Positions 56,089-64,000 of a stretch of DNA of 64,000 nt are shown here, piece by piece. Under the pieces are notes generated by a model that was given only the letters and a program-made list of their open reading frames with translations, searched no databases and was not told where the DNA came from. The first letter of the stretch is position 1; every line of letters begins with the position of its first letter. The stretch is from the IMG/VR virus record IMGVR_UViG_3300023179_000019. One strand, written 5' to 3'. The stretch comes from a virus. Position numbers and translations under genes: made by a program.

Positions 56089-58200
56089 ATGGAAATTATT
56101 CAATCTAAATCGCTTCTTGCAAAATTAATGGCAACCGAAAATCTGGTTGTAGAACAAAGAAAAGTAAATACAGCTTCATTTGATGTTGTAAAGCGTGTTT
56201 TGACTGTTCCGATCTTAGATAAAAATATTTCAGGTTATTTGTACGACCTGTTCATGGGTCACGAAGTTGGCCACGCCCTAGAAACTCCTGCCGAAGGCAT
56301 GAAAAGGGCTTGGGAAATGAAAATCCCAATGTCAATTATGAACGTTCTAGAAGATGTTCGTATTGAGAGAAAAATAAAAAACAAATATCCTGGACTCCGA
56401 CTATCGTTTGTCAAAGGTTATCGTGAATTGATTGAAAAAGATTTCTTTGGTACAAAAGATATCGACTTAAATGATCTGAATTTCCTTGACCGCATAAACC
56501 TCTATACTAAAGGTGGTGCTGCACAAGGTATTAAATTCAACGAAGAAGAAAAAGTTCTTCTTGAAAAAATCGAGTCAACAGAAACATATGATGATGTGAT
56601 CGATTTGGCTAAAGAAATCATGGACTACATGAAGAAAGAAAAAGAAGAAAAAAAGAAAAACACTTCTAATGATCCAGATGAAGATTATGATGAAATAGAT
56701 GATGGTGATGATGACTGGTCGCCGCAGGATTCCGATACTGATATGTTTGATGATTTAGATGAAATGGACGAAACCGAAGATGATAGCAATCATCCAGATG
56801 AGGCTAAAGGATCTAAACAGAAAGATCAGGAAAAATCTCAAAACGATGATTATGTATCACATACCGATGAAGCTTATCGTAAAAACGAAACCAAATTATT
56901 TGCTAGCGATCCTGTAAATTATTATTACGGAAATATTCCAGATATGAATCTGGATAAATTGATCGTTAATCATAAAACTATTTGGAAAAAATATCGTTTG
57001 TGGGTTGAAGGACAAGGACTTGACCACAAAGGCATAGATACAAAAGAATTTTTAAAAATTCGTAATGATGCAAAAAAAGTTGTTGGTTATTTGGCCAAAG
57101 AATTTGAATTACGCAAAAATGCCGAACAACTAAAACGTGCTTCAGAATCCAAAACCGGTGAGTTGAACATGAATAAAATCTATTCATATAAATTTGCTGA
57201 AGATATCTTTAAAAAGATGACGATTGTTCCTGATGGTAAATCACATGGACTGATTATGTTCCTTGATTGGTCAGGTTCCATGCACGACCATATGGGAAAC
57301 ACAATTAAACAATTAATCAATTTAGTTATGTTCTGTAAAAAAGTAAATATTCCTTTCGAAGTATATGCTTTTAGTTCAGACTATGATGATGTATACCGAC
57401 CAAATGAAATTGCTGGCGACTTACAAGTTTGTGCTTTTAATTTGATGAATCTTTTTTCAAGTAAAATGAGTGCTTCAGAATTCACTTATGCTGGTTCAGC
57501 ATTGGTTCGGATGTTTATATCTCACCGAGGTTACAGACCATTTTGGTTAAATTTGGGCGGAACTCCATTGAATGAAGCAATCATTGCCGCTTTGAAGATT
57601 GTTCCTGCTTTTCAGAAACAATATAAATTGCAGATTGTAAACACAGTTTTCTTAACTGATGGTGATGGACATTCAGTATCACAGGTTTGGATAAAAAATC
57701 CAAATAATCCAAGCCGGATGATAGCGACATGGGGTGATGAATATTCGGAAGTTACAAGTAACTATAGAAGTACCAAAAAATTAGTTATTGTTGATCCTGT
57801 AACTAAGCAACAAGAATTCTGTACACATGATACGGGACGGCCTTTAACATCACACTATATCAAAATGTTAAAAGCCAGAACAGGATGTAATGTTGTTGGA
57901 TTCTATATCATGTCCGGTCGTGAATTTGGTAGAGAATCTAGAAACTTTTTTCCAAACGTTTTTGATATGTCTAGGTTAAAACAAACATTTCGAAAAGAAA
58001 AGTGTATGGTAGTTACTTCTGCTGGATATGATGAGTACTATTTGCTCCGTGCAGATGGCCTAGATACAGAAGATGAGGTTGCTTTTGAAGTGAAAGAAAA
58101 TGCAACAACTAGAGGTCTTGTGTCGGCCTTCAGTAAATATACAGAAGGTCGCTTGGCCAATCGTACAGTTTTGAATAGATTTATAGGAATGATAGCATGA
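56089..58200 (+). CDS. Metallopeptidase-like (HExxH) plus vWA domain protein (CobT-like)
   Basis: HEVGHA, EDVRIE, acidic linker, MIDAS DWSGS, GTP, LTDG. Confidence 0.82.
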   Translation: MEIIQSKSLLAKLMATENLVVEQRKVNTASFDVVKRVLTVPILDKNISGYLYDLFMGHEVGHALETPAEGMKRAWEMKIPMSIMNVLEDVRIERKIKNKYPGLRLSFVKGYRELIEKDFFGTKDIDLNDLNFLDRINLYTKGGAAQGIKFNEEEKVLLEKIESTETYDDVIDLAKEIMDYMKKEKEEKKKNTSNDPDEDYDEIDDGDDDWSPQDSDTDMFDDLDEMDETEDDSNHPDEAKGSKQKDQEKSQNDDYVSHTDEAYRKNETKLFASDPVNYYYGNIPDMNLDKLIVNHKTIWKKYRLWVEGQGLDHKGIDTKEFLKIRNDAKKVVGYLAKEFELRKNAEQLKRASESKTGELNMNKIYSYKFAEDIFKKMTIVPDGKSHGLIMFLDWSGSMHDHMGNTIKQLINLVMFCKKVNIPFEVYAFSSDYDDVYRPNEIAGDLQVCAFNLMNLFSSKMSASEFTYAGSALVRMFISHRGYRPFWLNLGGTPLNEAIIAALKIVPAFQKQYKLQIVNTVFLTDGDGHSVSQVWIKNPNNPSRMIATWGDEYSEVTSNYRSTKKLVIVDPVTKQQEFCTHDTGRPLTSHYIKMLKARTGCNVVGFYIMSGREFGRESRNFFPNVFDMSRLKQTFRKEKCMVVTSAGYDEYYLLRADGLDTEDEVAFEVKENATTRGLVSAFSKYTEGRLANRTVLNRFIGMIA

Positions 58201-58394
58201 AAGAGTTAGCAACTTTTTTTGGTAATGGTGGAGAAACCGTAGCTTTTCTTTTTGAAGGTGACAATATTTGGAAAGTAAACTATGGTGAAGTCAAAGTAAT
58301 TCCCAATCTTCCGGGAATTCCTTTATCAACCAAAACTTTTGCAACAGAACAAGAAGCAACAGAATTTATTTCTGATTTTATAAACGGAGAATAA
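58197..58394 (+). CDS. Hypothetical protein
   Basis: Coupled ORF. Confidence 0.6.
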   Translation: MKELATFFGNGGETVAFLFEGDNIWKVNYGEVKVIPNLPGIPLSTKTFATEQEATEFISDFINGE

Positions 58395-58395
58395 A

Positions 58396-58617
58396 ATGGA
58401 AATTTCGAAATTTATGAACGGCGATAAAGAAGCCGTTGTGATGCGTAATTTTAATATCATGCGAGAAAATTACACATATACTGTTCATTACTATCTAGAT
58501 AAAAAATTATTGGGTAAAGAGTCCGTATCAGTATATGAAGAAGCAGCAGTCTTGGCAGAAAAATATATTTTCGAAGGCAAAGATTCAGGTCCAACTCTAC
58601 TGATGGAAAATGTCTGA
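58396..58617 (+). CDS. Hypothetical protein
   Basis: GGAG SD. Confidence 0.65.
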   Translation: MEISKFMNGDKEAVVMRNFNIMRENYTYTVHYYLDKKLLGKESVSVYEEAAVLAEKYIFEGKDSGPTLLMENV

Positions 58618-58876
58618 TACATTTGACGAATTTTTAGATCCCAAAAAGATTTTTGATAACTTGATGAAAAGTTGTCGTGAATTAAAATTTTGGAATATAA
58701 GATGTGTCGTTGATGAATCTTGTTGCATTGCTCTAGGAGAACTTCCTTTTAAAGTTATCATTATAGATGGAATTTACTATTGTACGGTTATTTCAGAAAA
58801 GAGAACCGAAGCAATGAAAAAGATTTGTGATCATTTACCCGTTATTCAATTTTTAGACAATGAACAAGAAGATTAA
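58610..58876 (+). CDS. Hypothetical protein
   Basis: Overlapping ORF in the operon. Confidence 0.6.
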   Translation: MSDTFDEFLDPKKIFDNLMKSCRELKFWNIRCVVDESCCIALGELPFKVIIIDGIYYCTVISEKRTEAMKKICDHLPVIQFLDNEQED

Positions 58877-59249
58877 TGAAATACTTTTGATTACTCAAGA
58901 GGAGTGTGCAGAAGTTACACAAGCCATCAGTAAAGTTTTTAGGTTTGGCATGGACGATTCACATAAAGGTGAAACGAACCGTGAACGACTAGAAGAAGAA
59001 GTTGGTGACTTAATGTGTATGATTGACCTTTTGATAGAATCTGGTATCGTTAGTGAGTCTGCTGTAATGGCTGCCAAAAACGAAAAAATGATGAAATTGA
59101 AAACATGGTCAAACATCTTTAAAGAAGAAGGTGAACAAGTTGTTGTTCCTAGGTGTTCAACTTATCCAGCCTGTTTACTTAAAGGTGCAGAAGGACAACT
59201 TACCATAATTAACAGACCGGAGATTCCATATCCAAATGACGAATTCTGA
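58860..59249 (+). CDS. MazG-like NTP pyrophosphohydrolase
   Basis: EECAEVTQAISK...EEEVGDL. Confidence 0.8.
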   Translation: MNKKINEILLITQEECAEVTQAISKVFRFGMDDSHKGETNRERLEEEVGDLMCMIDLLIESGIVSESAVMAAKNEKMMKLKTWSNIFKEEGEQVVVPRCSTYPACLLKGAEGQLTIINRPEIPYPNDEF

Positions 59250-59823
59250 TAAAAACCAACACATAGACAAAATTAATGAAATGTTGCCAAAACTTGGCAA
59301 GAGAGTGCCATCATTTCTGATGATGTTGCAACACATCGGTCAAATTGACAATCCTTTGATTGTTGAAACTGGTTGTGCTAGAATGGAGAACAACTTTGAA
59401 GGTGATGGTATGTCATCACTCATCTTTAATGAATTCTCAAAGATCAAAGGTGAGTTCTGGTCCGTTGACATCAATCCGGACAATATTGAATTTGCTAAGA
59501 AGTACTGTGATAACTCAAACCTGGTTTGTTCCGATTCTGTGGCCTTTCTACACCAGAAGAACAAAGAATGGACAGAAACAGGACGAAAAATTGATTTGTT
59601 GTATCTAGATTCTTATGACTTTGATATGAACGATCCACATCCTTCTTCACTACACCATATCCTAGAATTGACTGCCATCATGCCATCGCTCCGAGAAGGC
59701 ACCATGATTTGTGTTGATGACAACTTTGGTGATATCGGTAAAGGTGGTTATGTACACCAATTTATGCTTGCTCTAGGCAAAGAACGTGTGTATAATGGAT
59801 ATCAATGGGTATGGGTTCTATGA
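59236..59823 (+). CDS. Class I SAM methyltransferase-like protein
   Basis: IVETGC, SVDI, DSVAFL, IDLLYLDS, VDD. Confidence 0.78.
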   Translation: MTNSDKNQHIDKINEMLPKLGKRVPSFLMMLQHIGQIDNPLIVETGCARMENNFEGDGMSSLIFNEFSKIKGEFWSVDINPDNIEFAKKYCDNSNLVCSDSVAFLHQKNKEWTETGRKIDLLYLDSYDFDMNDPHPSSLHHILELTAIMPSLREGTMICVDDNFGDIGKGGYVHQFMLALGKERVYNGYQWVWVL

Positions 59824-60008
59824 AGCTGATAATCGATGAAAAGAAAGGTTCATATTACTATGTGGACGAACTTGATGAATCGATTATGTTGTCACCAGGA
59901 TTTGACTATCTTGAGGACGCCGAGCAATGGAAATCCCGTATGACCTATCTTATGAACAAACTACTTGATGAGGACAAATATCATGAACGACCAAAACCAA
60001 ATCTCTAA
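59820..60008 (+). CDS. Hypothetical protein
   Basis: ATGA overlap. Confidence 0.55.
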   Translation: MKLIIDEKKGSYYYVDELDESIMLSPGFDYLEDAEQWKSRMTYLMNKLLDEDKYHERPKPNL

Positions 60009-60168
60009 TATTATTGAAGTACTAGAGAACGAACGAAACGTACTACTTACCGAGTTCTACAGACCCGAAACAGAAGGCACCGGTCATTTCAACACCGCAG
60101 CTTCGGTTCTCGAAATGCGTATCAACGAGTACAAAACTAAAGCTTCCTTTTCTTCTCAGTTAAGCTAA
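59983..60168 (+). CDS. Hypothetical protein
   Basis: GAGG SD; EGTGHFNTAASVL. Confidence 0.6.
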   Translation: MNDQNQISNIIEVLENERNVLLTEFYRPETEGTGHFNTAASVLEMRINEYKTKASFSSQLS

Positions 60169-60205
60169 GGCGTTTTCAGCGATTTCCGGCGCTTCCTAGC
60201 ACACC

Positions 60206-60574
60206 ATGGATACTTCAAACATACTCAACGAATCCAGTATATTTCCGGTTTGGCCAGAGCAATCAAGAGCAGATCCAAAGCAAATCGAAATAGAATTCTT
60301 TTGGCCTCTAACCGAGCAACTTAAATTGGATTTAGACTTCACGCCTTGCGGGCCTTGCGAGAAACCTAAGATTTATCATTATGGTGTCGGTACCACCGGA
60401 TCGATAACATACACACCTAATGCCTTACACACAACCAATTTTGGAAATCTCACAAATACGGTAGAGTTTAACTTAAACTTAGACCGTACAAATATTGTGA
60501 TTTCAGGAAAGCCACCCCTGATTCGTAGGTGGTTATACAAACTCTTAGGGTTTAAAATTAAAAATGGGAATTAA
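60206..60574 (+). CDS. Hypothetical protein
   Basis: ORF. Confidence 0.6.
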   Translation: MDTSNILNESSIFPVWPEQSRADPKQIEIEFFWPLTEQLKLDLDFTPCGPCEKPKIYHYGVGTTGSITYTPNALHTTNFGNLTNTVEFNLNLDRTNIVISGKPPLIRRWLYKLLGFKIKNGN

Positions 60575-60818
60575 AATAATGGACATGGACGCAGCAGCAT
60601 ACTTTCTATCTGGCTCAATTTTAGTTATGTTAGGATTTATCATCATTGCAATGGGTATTGTTGCGATCAATAACATCTTTGCACACTACTGGCAACCTGT
60701 AAAATTCTTTCTGTATGGCAATTACAATCCAACGTTTGTCACAGAAGAAGAATACAAAAAGACTATCGAACCCACTATGGGACCTGTCGAGAAACCTACT
60801 AAAAGTGATACCAAGTAA
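60564..60818 (+). CDS. Small membrane protein
   Basis: One TM helix. Confidence 0.6.
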   Translation: MGIKIMDMDAAAYFLSGSILVMLGFIIIAMGIVAINNIFAHYWQPVKFFLYGNYNPTFVTEEEYKKTIEPTMGPVEKPTKSDTK

Positions 60819-60883
60819 TTACTGTAGATAGTACTGTATATGGAATATCAGAGCCCTCGAACGATACTCTCTAAGGTTACAAC

Positions 60884-61084
60884 ATGAGTTACGTTATATT
60901 CAAATACAACACAGAATATACTGCACGTAAGGGTCTAGAAGGACCCTTTCACTATCCTAACGGACAGGTTCTCTACTATGACCCTGTTGCCGGTGAGTAT
61001 TGGGATCCACGCACAGACTTCTATGTGCCTAGTGAAGATGTTCATCGCCTTCAGAATTCGATCTTTGGTACCATCAAAGACTGA
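60884..61084 (+). CDS. Hypothetical protein
   Basis: GLEGPF...LYYDP..GEYWDP..DFY. Confidence 0.7.
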   Translation: MSYVIFKYNTEYTARKGLEGPFHYPNGQVLYYDPVAGEYWDPRTDFYVPSEDVHRLQNSIFGTIKD

Positions 61085-61295
61085 GATACGTTCCATATAC
61101 AGAAAAAGTCTTTTCCACTAAAACCGGTCCAGAAAAAATTTTTAGGACCTCGAAAAGCAAAAATTCGAAATCCTCTGGTGGGGCTGGAAAAATAAATTTT
61201 GCGATTAATCAGTTTGGGCCACCATAGTTTTTTTTAATATATACTGCTCGGCCCATAAATTTCCCCTATCCCTCAGAGCAGCTCCCCAGCAATAC

Positions 61296-61388
61296 TTGAC
61301 CATTCCGGTCAAGCAATATCCCCAATAAAATCAACAGCTTACCGGCGTAAAACCTAACGCTTGCCACTTTGGCAAAAAAGTGTATAAT
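61296..61388 (+). promoter_or_regulatory. TTGACC-N5-GGTCAA palindrome, IHF consensus site (61329-61341) and promoter TTGCCA-16-TATAAT
   Basis: AATCAACAGCTTA fits WATCAANNNNTTR. Confidence 0.65.
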
Positions 61389-61428
61389 TGGCAACATGAA
61401 AACAAAAAACGGTGCAAAATTTACAAAG

Positions 61429-61488
61429 TTGACCGGATTGGTCAAGTATTCATTTAATGCTTGCCATTTCCACCAGCTCCTGTATCCT
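61429..61488 (+). promoter_or_regulatory. TTGACC-N5-GGTCAA plus promoter TTGCCA-16-TATCCT
   Basis: Palindrome ends 15 nt before the -35. Confidence 0.6.
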
Positions 61489-61532
61489 TTCACTATTGTT
61501 TGAAATTTAAACGTCATTTTATAGGAGATTAT

Positions 61533-61913
61533 ATGACAACCAACTATACCTTTCCCTGCGGTTCCGTTAACGGACTGACCCTTAACCAAAAGCGTGAAGC
61601 ACTTGCTGCATTGCGTGATTCCATTAAAGCAGAGCAAGCACAAAAAGCTGCTGACCGTATTGCAGCTAAGGTTGCTAAGGTTGCAGCTGCTAATGCTAAA
61701 GCCGATGCTCTTGCTCAGAAGCGTGCTGCTGCTATTGCTAAAGCTCAGGCTCGCTTGCAAAAGCTGCTGGATAAGCAGAGCGCTCCAGTAGGCGTGAAAG
61801 CGATCAAAGCTGCACGGAAACCTGGCCCCGTCACCGTGACTAAATTCCAGTCCGAAGCTCGTGTTGCTAACGATATCGCAGCTGCACTGGTTGCAAAGCG
61901 TAAGAACGCTTAA
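61533..61913 (+). CDS. Ala/Lys-rich helical early protein
   Basis: AGGAG SD; AAKVAKVAAA; GCT/CGT/CTG-rich codons. Confidence 0.8.
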   Translation: MTTNYTFPCGSVNGLTLNQKREALAALRDSIKAEQAQKAADRIAAKVAKVAAANAKADALAQKRAAAIAKAQARLQKLLDKQSAPVGVKAIKAARKPGPVTVTKFQSEARVANDIAAALVAKRKNA

Positions 61914-61924
61914 TCCAATAATAG

Positions 61925-61984
61925 TTGACCTTCACGGTCAGCTATTATCTCAAAACTTGCCATTTTGGTTGGTTTTGAGATAAT
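61925..61984 (+). promoter_or_regulatory. TTGACC-N5-GGTCAG plus promoter TTGCCA-16-GATAAT
   Basis: Palindrome ends 15 nt before the -35. Confidence 0.6.
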
Positions 61985-62006
61985 GGTTGAAATGAAAGGA
62001 TATAAA

Positions 62007-62102
62007 ATGTTAAGTAAATGCGAAAGTATTGTTTTTCCTATAGTGTACGCTATAGCTCTGGTTGTGATTGTGCTTGATTTGATGGTCTGGAGGCCTTACT
62101 AA
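62007..62102 (+). CDS. 31-aa membrane peptide
   Basis: AAGGA SD; TM then WRP; TAATG coupling. Confidence 0.55.
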   Translation: MLSKCESIVFPIVYAIALVVIVLDLMVWRPY

Positions 62103-62851
62103 TGAAATTGCTATCTACAGGTAACCCGAAAGTGCTCAAAGGCCTTTCACAAGGTTATAACACTTATATTCTACATTTGGCACCTGCTAATATTTCAGGT
62201 TACGAGGTTTGCCCAAAACGTACTAAAGGTTGCACCGATGCTTGCTTGAATTTAGCTGGTCGAGGTGGAATGTTTAAGCGTGGTGAGGTTACCAATGTAA
62301 TTCAAGAAGCACGTAAGCGTAAAACCAAAATGTTTTTCGAAAATCGTGCCGAATTCATGAGGTTGCTAGTTGCTGATATTGAGTTAGGTATTAAACAAAG
62401 CAAGAGGTTAGGTCTTACGCCAGTTTTTCGCCTGAACGGTACTAGCGATTTGTCATGGGAAAAGTATTCCGTGATTCGCAACGGTCAGGAATTCTCCAAC
62501 ATTTTCGAAGCTTTCTCTGAGGTACAATTTTATGACTATACTAAAATTCTTGGTCGCCGTGTTACTAGTATTGATAATTATTCACTTACTTTTTCCGCTG
62601 CTGATGGTAATGAGCTTGACGTTTATCGTGCTATTAGCCAAGGTTATAATGTTGCCGTTGTTTTTGGTATAAAGAAAACCCAACCGATGCCAGAATATTA
62701 TCTCGGTCGCCCCGTGTTTAATGGTGATGAAAGCGACCTGAGATTCCTGGATCCTAAAGGCGTGGTTGTCGGGTTGTATGCTAAAGGTAAAGCTAAAAAA
62801 GATACCACCGGCTTTGTGAAATATCCTAATATTACATTAAAGGTTGCTTAA
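62102..62851 (+). CDS. Gp88-like protein (Cys cluster, radical-SAM-like)
   Basis: CPKRTKGCTDACL, RLNGTSD, FYDYTK, GDESDLRFLD. Confidence 0.75.
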   Translation: MKLLSTGNPKVLKGLSQGYNTYILHLAPANISGYEVCPKRTKGCTDACLNLAGRGGMFKRGEVTNVIQEARKRKTKMFFENRAEFMRLLVADIELGIKQSKRLGLTPVFRLNGTSDLSWEKYSVIRNGQEFSNIFEAFSEVQFYDYTKILGRRVTSIDNYSLTFSAADGNELDVYRAISQGYNVAVVFGIKKTQPMPEYYLGRPVFNGDESDLRFLDPKGVVVGLYAKGKAKKDTTGFVKYPNITLKVA

Positions 62852-62926
62852 GATGGATATACTATCTAAAATGTTGCTTTGTATTGTTGTGATAGCTTTT
62901 CTGATGATCACATAATATTAAATTGA

Positions 62927-62989
62927 TGTTGCGAAAAAACAACATCATTCTAAAGGTTGCTTGCCATTTTGTTGAGTCTCCTTTAGAAT
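62927..62989 (+). promoter_or_regulatory. TGTTG-N8-CAACA plus promoter TTGCCA-17-TAGAAT
   Basis: Palindrome ends 16 nt before the -35. Confidence 0.7.
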
Positions 62990-63015
62990 GGTAGTTTAAA
63001 TCGTGAAAGGTAATT

Positions 63016-63252
63016 ATGACAGAATTTGAAAAACGTTGTTATGGTATGACCGAACAGGAAATTCGGGAAGAATATATGCAAAGTATCACCGCAAAATTCT
63101 CAGGTCTCGAAATGGTCGTGATGAGTATTTTGTCAGATTGTCAACACCTGATGGAATTAGGTGATAATCGTGAAATGATCCGTAAAAATCTGAATGTCGC
63201 CAAGTTTATTCTGGGTGAAATGATGGAAGAAAAACGTGAGGTAGAAATTTGA
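63016..63252 (+). CDS. Hypothetical protein
   Basis: AAGG SD after the promoter. Confidence 0.7.
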   Translation: MTEFEKRCYGMTEQEIREEYMQSITAKFSGLEMVVMSILSDCQHLMELGDNREMIRKNLNVAKFILGEMMEEKREVEI

Positions 63253-63491
63253 TAGTATTCAATGATAGTTTCAGTAAGTATTCTAAGAGAGGTGCGAGAG
63301 CTATCTTTACTAGAATACCAATAAGCGAGTTAGAATGCTTTAAGAAATGGATAGGAGTGAGAGGTGTCGTTAAGATAAGGTACAGAGGTCCAAGATTCAA
63401 TGTGCCGTCCGCTAGAAGTCGCTCAGGTCTCTCAAAGCAGTCAACGTGCTTAAAACAGGATGCGACACACTTCTCAGTTTATCGGATATAG
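63249..63491 (+). CDS. Hypothetical basic protein
   Basis: GAGG SD plus TTG overlap; IRYRGPR. Confidence 0.5.
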   Translation: MIVFNDSFSKYSKRGARAIFTRIPISELECFKKWIGVRGVVKIRYRGPRFNVPSARSRSGLSKQSTCLKQDATHFSVYRI

Positions 63492-63646
63492 CTTTGAGGT
63501 TGCTCTGGAATGACTAGGAGAAGGTAGGAAAACGTTTTTGGATCGCATCCACAAACTAAGAGCCGCTAAGCAGCACCAGATTGCGACATATCCAGCGACA
63601 CTTTTTTGCACTTTTTGACACTTTTTGACACTATAAGGTAAATATT

Positions 63647-63850
63647 ATGATTTTAAATGAACAACAGCGTGAGGTAGCAGTTTCTGCTCTGGTAGATAAC
63701 GATTTTGATACTATTATGAGTGGTGATGCATTAGAATTATTGAATTCATACTTAATGTATGGTCACAAAGGTTATAATGACTACACCAATGATGAATTGG
63801 TATCGGAATTATGTGAACGTGATATGCTTAACATATTCGAATCGGTGTAG
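63647..63850 (+). CDS. Hypothetical acidic protein
   Basis: AAGG SD. Confidence 0.65.
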   Translation: MILNEQQREVAVSALVDNDFDTIMSGDALELLNSYLMYGHKGYNDYTNDELVSELCERDMLNIFESV

Positions 63851-64000
63851 TTGATTGAGTTAGTTATGTTCGTGGAGGTATTATATTATGACTGTAATTG
63901 CTAAAGTTAATAATAGGGTAGTTGAGATTGTAAAGACTGCTGGTAATGTACCTTTTTCGAATCGTTTTGGTTGGGTTATGATCTGTATGGACTTCCATCA

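Noticed and set aside
61266-61760. 164-aa minus-strand ORF
   Set aside because: Overlaps promoters and the well-supported Ala/Lys-rich plus-strand gene; shadow ORF
63599-63632. Short CACTTTTTG(A) tandem repeat
   Set aside because: Only about three low-complexity units with no supporting context

Overview
64 kb of an AT-rich T4-like myovirus genome with all credible genes on the + strand. The host is inferred to be Gram-negative, possibly a freshwater proteobacterium, from the spanins, GH19 endolysin and heptose genes. The replication and nucleotide core is present: gp44, gp62, regA, a split gp43, uvsX, gp41, gp61, rnh, nrdA/B, thyX and dCMP deaminase. Accessory content includes hsp20, groES, about 20 tRNAs plus several unexplained structured RNAs, an ADP-heptose synthesis cluster, a glycosyltransferase island with two GT9-like genes, a late block of putative capsid-internal proteins, a lysis cassette and an early region of small ORFs. 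Most notable: (1) DNA polymerase fractured by an HNH endonuclease, with no intein or intron signature and with charge-complementary helices appended at the break; (2) His-rich, putatively capsid-targeted ligase-like and nucleotidyltransferase-kinase proteins; (3) an rrn-like boxB/boxA leader and long-stem-enclosed ncRNAs in the tRNA operon; (4) two palindromic motifs fixed 15-16 nt upstream of sigma70 -35 boxes; (5) a ROSE-like thermometer on hsp20; (6) a probable overprinted gene. Family names come from motif recognition, not database searches.
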